A program made the translations under genes and the position numbers. Positions 58,908 to 64,000 of a stretch of DNA of 64,000 nucleotides are shown piece by piece. Origin of the DNA: a virus; IMG/VR virus record IMGVR_UViG_3300045988_074608; one strand, written 5' to 3'. The notes beneath the pieces are model-generated. The model searched no databases. It saw only the letters and a program-made list of their open reading frames with translations, and was not told the DNA's origin. The stretch's first letter is position 1. Each line of letters begins with the position of its first letter.

Positions 58908-59009
58908 AGAGCCTTCTGTGCTAACCGTTACACCATAGGGCAATATGAGGCATTTTAACGTCGGAGCCTCTCGACGGTTTATACAATGAAAGTTTTCAAT
59001 AGCTTATTG

Positions 59010-59058
59010 TAGTAATTCGGGAATCGAACCCGAGATTTGATATCCTCCAAGATTACTT
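59010..59058 (-). other. tRNA-like minihelix (acceptor stem plus T arm only), a possible tRNA remnant
   Basis: The minus strand reads AAGTAAT-CTTGGAGGATATCAAATC-TCGGG-TTCGATT-CCCGA-ATTACTA. It has a canonical T arm and a 6-7 bp acceptor-like stem, but no D arm or normal anticodon arm. Confidence 0.35.
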
Positions 59059-59065
59059 GTTATTG

Positions 59066-59395
59066 TTACTTCTTACGAGTAACCCAATTCCAAAATCTCT
59101 TAAAGATATTTGGTTTCTTTTTGCAAATACATTCTTCACAAGGATCCTCAAGTTGTATTTTATTATTCTCAAGGTCTGCCATGTAATCCGCCATAGCACT
59201 ATTGATTTCATCTGCAACTTGTGCAAAATATGCATTTACTGCATAATCACGTATAATATTCATTTCAACATCGCGCATCGCATTAAACTTAGCGAGAACT
59301 ACACACTTATACGGATCTGTAACTTGTGTAATTTTTGTAAGATCTATAACGATCTTCTTACTTTTATCGTTTTTCTTCATCTTCTTCGTATTCAT
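59066..59395 (-). CDS. Hypothetical protein (109 aa), no TAG
   Basis: Intact track ORF with ATG start and TAA stop. Confidence 0.55.
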   Translation of the reverse strand: MNTKKMKKNDKSKKIVIDLTKITQVTDPYKCVVLAKFNAMRDVEMNIIRDYAVNAYFAQVADEINSAMADYMADLENNKIQLEDPCEECICKKKPNIFKRFWNWVTRKK

Positions 59396-59398
59396 AAT

Positions 59399-59539
59399 TC
59401 AATTATGCGAACAATATTTTAAAGTTTTATTGTTTTTATATCGACGTTTTAGTTTAAATTTAAATAATTCGTTTAATAGAATATCATAATTGAAATCTAA
59501 ATCTTTCATTTTATCAACTATATCCTTAAATTGAAACAT
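59399..59539 (-). CDS. Small hypothetical protein (46 aa)
   Basis: Hand-found ORF with ATG at 59539 and TGA at 59399-59401. It fills the gap between neighbouring genes. Confidence 0.3.
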   Translation of the reverse strand: MFQFKDIVDKMKDLDFNYDILLNELFKFKLKRRYKNNKTLKYCSHN

Positions 59540-59603
59540 TATTATTTGATGTACAATCTATTCGTCTTCATTTAAATTTAAACTTACTTGTTTGCATACA
59601 GTA

Positions 59604-60002
59604 TCAATTGTTGACTACGGCTACAACATCATAAATGCATACGATTTGTGTATCTTTTACTAAATCGAAATACTGTGCAGCTCTATTTGGGTAGGCTATC
59701 GTATCTCCGACTTTGATATCTGTATCTTTATACTGATGTGGTACTTTTAACACTATTCCTTCTCTATAATCACAATCAACTTCTCTAGTCTCAGTTTTTG
59801 TACCTTCGAAATCAATTGCCTCAACACCGTCTTTATCTTTCTTCGGTTTCTTATCGACCGGAATAGGAACGACGAACTCTTTCTTTACTTTCTTGAGAGG
59901 TAGAGGTTTTACGAGAAATTTAGTAAGTGTTTCGTATTTAATGTGATCACTCACACTTTCAGCAACTTTTGTCTGATCTGTAACTTTAACTGTATTCATC
60001 AC
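59604..60002 (-). CDS. Hypothetical protein (132 aa), no TAG
   Basis: Intact track ORF whose ATG forms an ATGA overlap with the upstream gene. The C-terminal beta-rich segment (REGIVLKVP...IKVGDTIAY...YDVVAVV) is faintly GroES-like, but I am not confident of that. Confidence 0.55.
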   Translation of the reverse strand: MMNTVKVTDQTKVAESVSDHIKYETLTKFLVKPLPLKKVKKEFVVPIPVDKKPKKDKDGVEAIDFEGTKTETREVDCDYREGIVLKVPHQYKDTDIKVGDTIAYPNRAAQYFDLVKDTQIVCIYDVVAVVNN

Positions 60003-60397
60003 TTCTTAAGAGATCTAAGGTAAGAAACTGTTTTAATAAGATTTCGAAGAACTGTCTCTTTCTCAATCTTTACACAAGCTGGAAGATTTTTCATATCCTC
60101 ATCAAGATTATCAAGATCGGCATGATAAGTCTCCAACATTGAATCCATTGTATCAAATACATTACAAAACTTATCAACTGGCTCAGAAAGATAACCATCT
60201 TCAATTAAAGCTTTTGCAAAATCTGGTGATATTGAATACACTGTTGTAGCTTTACTTGTAATGTCATTATTCTTACATACTGAGTTATATTCAGTTGTGT
60301 GTGTATTTGTATACATCTTTCCGTCTTCGGAGAGCTCAAACGTTTCGCCGGGCTCCATCCAACCATACGGCTTAATAACTGTTAATGTTTTATTCAT
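59999..60397 (-). CDS. Hypothetical protein (132 aa), first gene of the minus-strand transcription unit
   Basis: Intact track ORF with ATG at 60397, next to the divergent intergenic region. Confidence 0.55.
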   Translation of the reverse strand: MNKTLTVIKPYGWMEPGETFELSEDGKMYTNTHTTEYNSVCKNNDITSKATTVYSISPDFAKALIEDGYLSEPVDKFCNVFDTMDSMLETYHADLDNLDEDMKNLPACVKIEKETVLRNLIKTVSYLRSLKK

Positions 60398-60713
60398 ATT
60401 TTTTAATTTTATATTTTAACAAAATCCTCACTACTCACATATCATTTTCGTGGTATCTGCATCTGTAACGGAATTTTTTATGCAAAAGGTTGCAACAACA
60501 TAAAATTTTTTATAAAAATGCAACTTTTTTATGTTTTTTACGTTATATGTATGTAAAAAGAAGGAGAAGAAGGGGGACTATAGGGGGTTATTAAGGTAGT
60601 TTAAGCTGAGCTATATAAGTAATCTAGTAATATTGTAATCTATGTAATATTATAACCCTATAGTACTATATAACCTTTTATTGTGTAGAGTAATATATAA
60701 ATATATACAACAT
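60398..60713. promoter_or_regulatory. Divergent intergenic control region (316 nt)
   Basis: It lies between oppositely oriented first genes. It contains repeated TGCAAC and TTTTTTATG strings, the inverted repeat ACTATAGGGGGTTAT (60577-60591) / ATAACCCTATAGT (60652-60664), and a tandem direct repeat. Confidence 0.5.
60619..60651 (+). repeat. Tandem direct repeat, 16 + 17 nt
   Basis: GTAATCTAGTAATATT (60619-60634) is followed immediately by GTAATCTATGTAATATT (60635-60651). The pair is enclosed by the inverted repeat noted above. Confidence 0.7.
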
Positions 60714-60983
60714 ATGGATAGAATAAACCCTAAGTATTATAAAGAACACCCTAGTGGTGTAGAATGTATAGATATAGCTAGACATTATTGTTTCAGTATA
60801 GGTAATGCTATAAAATATCTATGGAGAGCTGGTCTAAAACAAGAAAACGGTATGGACGATATTACAAAAGAAATAGAAGATCTTAATAAAGCCGTTTGGT
60901 ATATACAAGATAGAATAAAACAACTTAAAGAGATACAAAAACAATCTGTCGATGAAAAAGAAACAAAAGAAGATAATAGATAA
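60714..60983 (+). CDS. DUF3310-family protein
   Basis: The translation MDRINPKYYKEHPSGVECIDIARHYCFSIGNAIKYLWRAGLK...DLNKAVWYIQ matches the DUF3310 pattern (NPxHY...E-x-I...GNaiKYl-x-R...K-A-x-WY). I prefer the ATG at 60714 over the track TTG at 60681. Confidence 0.65.
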   Translation: MDRINPKYYKEHPSGVECIDIARHYCFSIGNAIKYLWRAGLKQENGMDDITKEIEDLNKAVWYIQDRIKQLKEIQKQSVDEKETKEDNR

Positions 60984-61350
60984 ATATGATCCTGTGATAT
61001 ATCCAAGATTATTATATGTTTGTAAGAACTGTACACTAAAGGATTTACGAGATCGTTTTACTACAAGAAACTATACAGAAATATCTGATAAATGGGATCC
61101 TTCAAGTGAAACATTTACATTATATGCTATTGATAAGAAAACTAAAGATTATGTAATTGTAGTTTGTATAGATTATGAAAATAATAGTATGGAAGATTAT
61201 ATATCTGATATCTGTCATGAAGCAGAACATGTAAAACAATCAATCTTTGAGGATATAGGATTACCTACAACAGTAGATTCACAAGAAGCAGATGCCTACT
61301 TAGTAGGATGGGCTGCAAAATGTATATACACAACTTTTATAAAGAAATAA
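60952..61350 (+). CDS. Hypothetical protein with an HExxH motif (possible small metallopeptidase)
   Basis: Intact track ORF. The motif is CHEAEHV. It overlaps the previous gene by 32 nt. Confidence 0.45.
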   Translation: MKKKQKKIIDKYDPVIYPRLLYVCKNCTLKDLRDRFTTRNYTEISDKWDPSSETFTLYAIDKKTKDYVIVVCIDYENNSMEDYISDICHEAEHVKQSIFEDIGLPTTVDSQEADAYLVGWAAKCIYTTFIKK

Positions 61351-61351
61351 T

Positions 61352-61990
61352 ATGAAATTAGCATCACACAATAGTTTAAGTTTTGTAAAACCAAAGAAAT
61401 GGTGGGAGAAACTTATAAATTTTACAGCAAAATGTCAATCACATGATATACAAACACAATACACAAACGGTGTACGTTTATTCGATATAAGATTACGTAG
61501 AGATTGGATTTCTTGTTATTCGCGTGAATACGATGCAATAGCTGCTCATGGATTGATAGAATATAGAGATATTATTATTCCAGATGTATTGGATTATCTC
61601 AATGAAAAATCAACAAAAGATGATCCTATATATGTACAACTAAATCTTGAAAATCTCAAATATGATGGTGGTAAAGATTATGTATGGTTTAAAGAATTAT
61701 TTAAAAATTGTACAGAAACTTACAAAAATTTAATATTCTGTGGTGGTTATGTAAAATACCCTTGGCATAAAATTATAGATTGTGAAGATCCTTCTATATG
61801 TCAAAAGAATTGGGAATTTTTTAATTATAAAGATCAACCTACTACACGAAAAAAGATAAAGTGTTTCTTTTCAAATTTATTACACTTTACCCCAGAATAT
61901 TGGGCTAAAAAGAATAACCAAAAATATAAATCTGATGGTACGTCTGCTGATTTCTTAATGTTAGATTTTGTACAATATGGGGACATTTGA
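61352..61990 (+). CDS. PLC-like phosphodiesterase (PI-PLC X-domain-like)
   Basis: Intact track ORF. ASHNS near the N-terminus and QTQYTNGVRLFDIRL match the H-N-S ... G-V-R-x-F-D-I-R catalytic-barrel motifs of PI-PLC-like enzymes. Confidence 0.45.
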   Translation: MKLASHNSLSFVKPKKWWEKLINFTAKCQSHDIQTQYTNGVRLFDIRLRRDWISCYSREYDAIAAHGLIEYRDIIIPDVLDYLNEKSTKDDPIYVQLNLENLKYDGGKDYVWFKELFKNCTETYKNLIFCGGYVKYPWHKIIDCEDPSICQKNWEFFNYKDQPTTRKKIKCFFSNLLHFTPEYWAKKNNQKYKSDGTSADFLMLDFVQYGDI

Positions 61991-62510
61991 TTTCTTAAAA
62001 GCTGTAAGTTTGAATGCTGTGTTATATTACGCAGATTACTTAAGTTTATATTATACTTCTATACCTGTAACAGATACATGTAAATATTTTATAATTTATG
62101 GGACACCAGTGAATGCTGCATATATGGATGGACATTCTCCAATATATGATGAAAATAATCAATATTATAAACAAGCATTAGATGAATTATACAAAATTCA
62201 AAATAAAACAGGTAGATCTGGTATGATTTCATTCTTACAGAATTTATGCAATGTATTTGCTAGAGGGTGTGTGAATGGAGAACAAATGTTAGACTGTATA
62301 TTGTATTATAAATCAAAGCGTGAAAAGAAAGATGCTAGGGCTAAATATAAAAACTATATGTCTAATATACGATATGAGCTACAACGAGAAGAAGACGGAG
62401 AATTGTACACCGTAGAATGTACAAAATATTTAAAACATAACGGTATCAAACCTAATTACGATGACTGCGAAAAGATTAATAGACTATTTAAAGAATCCTT
62501 AGATGATTAA
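61968..62510 (+). CDS. Panacea (DUF4065/SocA)-like domain protein
   Basis: Intact track ORF. LNAVLYYADYLSLYYTSIPVTDTCKYFIIYGTPVNAAY resembles the Panacea consensus (K-L-x-K-L-L-Y-Y-A...P-l...A-W-x-y-G-P-V...Y). Confidence 0.35.
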   Translation: MYNMGTFDFLKAVSLNAVLYYADYLSLYYTSIPVTDTCKYFIIYGTPVNAAYMDGHSPIYDENNQYYKQALDELYKIQNKTGRSGMISFLQNLCNVFARGCVNGEQMLDCILYYKSKREKKDARAKYKNYMSNIRYELQREEDGELYTVECTKYLKHNGIKPNYDDCEKINRLFKESLDD

Positions 62511-62521
62511 AGCAATAAAAG

Positions 62522-62743
62522 ATGCAACCGAAAGAGAAAATAAACGTTATAGATCAGGAGACTACAACATCTCTGATTACACGGGACAAAGTGGTGAGAT
62601 ATGATTTCCAAGGTTGGCCAGAATACCAAATAAGGGTTGTAGATCTCTTAAAAGTATTAAACATCCCAATAGATAATATATCTAAAGATATATTAGAAAA
62701 ACACATAGAAATACTCGAAGATGATGGGATGGGCTATGCATAG
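62522..62743 (+). CDS. Hypothetical protein (73 aa; 93 aa if the terminal TAG is read through)
   Basis: Intact track ORF ending at TAG 62741-62743. Read-through runs 19 more codons to TGA at 62801-62803, which forms an ATGA overlap with the thyX ATG at 62800. Confidence 0.5.
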   Translation: MQPKEKINVIDQETTTSLITRDKVVRYDFQGWPEYQIRVVDLLKVLNIPIDNISKDILEKHIEILEDDGMGYA

Positions 62744-62799
62744 AAGACGTATAAAGCTGTAGATTGCGGAGTAGATAATGATAAAATAAATATTTGGAT

Positions 62800-63699
62800 A
62801 TGAGACTTATAAAATCTAATGTAGAACAAATAAAACAGAAAAAAGGTTTGTCCGGTATTAAAAAACAGATAGAAATAGCTGGTAGAACATGTTATAAATC
62901 TGAAGATAAAATAACAAATAAAAGCTGTGAAGAGTTTGTACAACGTATGATAAATTCTGGTCATACTGCAATGTTAGAGCATGGAACAGTATATTTAACT
63001 GTACCTGCAGAAGATGCAAATAATGGTTATAAATATTCATTTAATAAGTATTCTAAAATTAATTTCGATCCTACAGGTAAAGATACCAACATATACGTAA
63101 CAACAAACTATAGAGTTATAACTGAAAATAAGTGGGAAGATGACCTTAAATACCTTACAGAACCTACAAAAAACCACGAAAAGCGTCTGACTTTTAGGTT
63201 TATATGTGACCGTGGTGTTTCGCATGAATTAGTAAGACATAGAGTATTATCATTCGCACAAGAATCTACAAGATATTGTAATTATGTCAAAGATAAATTT
63301 AATGGTGAGATAACTTATGTAATCCCAACATGGTTAGAAGATAAATTACCAGAAGGTCAATATGTAGAATGGGATGGTGATTGGTGTGATATTGAAAAAT
63401 TTACAATACAACATCATATTGATAACAGTATTGAAAATGAATTTGTACAAACATTACAAAATTTAGAGTATTCATACATGTATTTCATAGAAAGCGGATG
63501 GAAACCACAGCAAGCACGTAGTGTTCTCCCAAATGCATTAAAAACAGAGATAATTGTAACAGGATTTATATCAGATTGGCTTAGATTTATAGCTATGAGA
63601 ACAGCTCCAAATGCTCATCCTGATATACAAAAATTAGCAAATATGCTATTGACAGATAAAGAGATTAAAAAGTATATAATAACAGACAAAAAGAAGTAA
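62800..63699 (+). CDS. thyX: FAD-dependent thymidylate synthase ThyX
   Basis: The ThyX signature is SHELVRHRVLSFAQESTRY (RHRxxS), and the N-terminal region has TAMLEHG. I prefer the ATG at 62800 over the TTG at 62794. Confidence 0.85.
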   Translation: MRLIKSNVEQIKQKKGLSGIKKQIEIAGRTCYKSEDKITNKSCEEFVQRMINSGHTAMLEHGTVYLTVPAEDANNGYKYSFNKYSKINFDPTGKDTNIYVTTNYRVITENKWEDDLKYLTEPTKNHEKRLTFRFICDRGVSHELVRHRVLSFAQESTRYCNYVKDKFNGEITYVIPTWLEDKLPEGQYVEWDGDWCDIEKFTIQHHIDNSIENEFVQTLQNLEYSYMYFIESGWKPQQARSVLPNALKTEIIVTGFISDWLRFIAMRTAPNAHPDIQKLANMLLTDKEIKKYIITDKKK

Positions 63700-63700
63700 T

Positions 63701-63790
63701 ATGGGAGCAATAATTATAACAATAGTAAGTTGTATAGTAGCATTTACAGTAGGTTATTTTATAGGCTATTGTGATGGTGTAAGATATTGA
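63701..63790 (+). CDS. Small hydrophobic peptide (29 aa)
   Basis: The ATG lies 1 nt after the thyX TAA. MGAIIITIVSCIVAFTVGYFIGYCDGVRY forms a single predicted TM helix. Confidence 0.3.
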   Translation: MGAIIITIVSCIVAFTVGYFIGYCDGVRY

Positions 63791-63793
63791 ATT

Positions 63794-63871
63794 ATGATAG
63801 AGAGTACATTCCTCCTAGTAGGAGTTTTTATAGGGTATTATGTATGTTTGGTGTTACATAAAGATAAATAA
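63794..63871 (+). CDS. Small hydrophobic peptide (25 aa)
   Basis: The ATG lies 3 nt after the previous TGA. MIESTFLLVGVFIGYYVCLVLHKDK forms a single predicted TM helix. Confidence 0.3.
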   Translation: MIESTFLLVGVFIGYYVCLVLHKDK

Positions 63872-63880
63872 TATATGATC

Positions 63881-63926
63881 ATCGGGGTTGACTTTGTCGA
63901 TCTCGATTTTTTTTTTATTTTTTTTT
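63881..63926 (+). terminator. Rho-independent terminator of the plus-strand block
   Basis: The 12-bp stem is ATCGGGGTTGAC-ttt-GTCGATCTCGAT (three G-U pairs). It is followed by T10-A-T9. Confidence 0.8.
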
Positions 63927-64000
63927 ATTATAAGTATATATAAACGCAAGACTAGGATTTTATATTATGAGTGTAAAAATGAGAGACAGCTAGATTCGAC

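Larger units (their letters stand above)
57881..58942 (-). tRNA. Split suppressor tRNA, predicted anticodon CUA (reads UAG) after removal of a 987-nt intron; exons 58942..58908 and 57920..57881
   Basis: The 5' half is TGCCCTA-TG-GTGT-AACGGTTA-GCAC-A-GAAGG-CTCT. The 3' half is AAC-CCTTT-TAGT-CTGGG-TTCGAAT-CCTAG-TGGGGCT-A-CCA. The acceptor stem pairs at 6 of 7 positions (U1/U72 is unpaired). The anticodon stem GAAGG/CCTTT, the D arm and the T arm are canonical. The spliced loop is CU-CUA-AC. Confidence 0.7.

Noticed and set aside
59010-59058. Calling this a second complete tRNA gene.
   Set aside because: Only the T arm and an acceptor-like stem are present. There is no D arm and no 5-bp anticodon stem with a 7-nt loop. 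No 5' half was found within 600 nt upstream.
1-64000. TGA reassignment (TGA to Trp), the other recoding seen in some gut phages.
   Set aside because: TGA is absent from the long open frames and serves as the terminator in several ATGA gene overlaps (59999, 43138, 42353, 39587, 32889).
63967-64000. Possible start of another plus-strand gene (ATG AGT GTA AAA ATG AGA GAC AGC TAG ...) after the terminator.
   Set aside because: Only 11 codons are visible before the window ends, and the ninth is TAG. This is not enough sequence to support a call, although it would fit TAG being sense on this strand too.
1-64000. CRISPR arrays, integrase/att sites, transposases, rRNA genes and reverse transcriptase/DGR.
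   Set aside because: I noticed no spaced direct-repeat arrays, recombinase motifs or RT motifs on either strand. The only mobile elements I can support are the two introns and the intein.

Overview
This window is an AT-rich segment of a crAss-like (Crassvirales-type) phage. Positions 1-60397 are transcribed on the minus strand. Reading in the direction of transcription, there is first a short block of small genes, a split suppressor tRNA and a dUTPase (60397 down to 57247). Next comes the packaging, head, tail and lysis module: TerL, portal, scaffold-like protein, MCP, connector and fiber-like proteins, endolysin plus holin, and large tail/cargo proteins. Last is one 17.8-kb ORF carrying the crAss-type virion RNA polymerase DxDxD motif, followed by another large gene that is cut by the window edge. 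Positions 60714-63871 form a divergently transcribed plus-strand block of small accessory and nucleotide-metabolism genes (DUF3310, HExxH protein, PLC-like, Panacea-like, ThyX) that ends in a strong terminator.

The fragmented six-frame track is an artefact of the standard genetic code. On the minus strand, consecutive track ORFs lie in the same frame and are separated only by TAG. Every gene I could delimit ends in TAA or TGA, often in ATGA or TAATG overlaps. TAG is therefore a sense codon here, most likely Gln (code-15-like).

The window is also rich in self-splicing elements:
- a T4 td-like group I intron in the MCP gene;
- a LAGLIDADG intein in TerL;
- an approximately 1-kb HNH-encoding intron that splits the anticodon loop of a tRNA whose spliced anticodon would be CUA, the amber suppressor needed for the recoding.

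All coordinates outside the ORF track were derived by hand and may be off by a few nucleotides. No database search was possible, so family names rest on motif recognition only.
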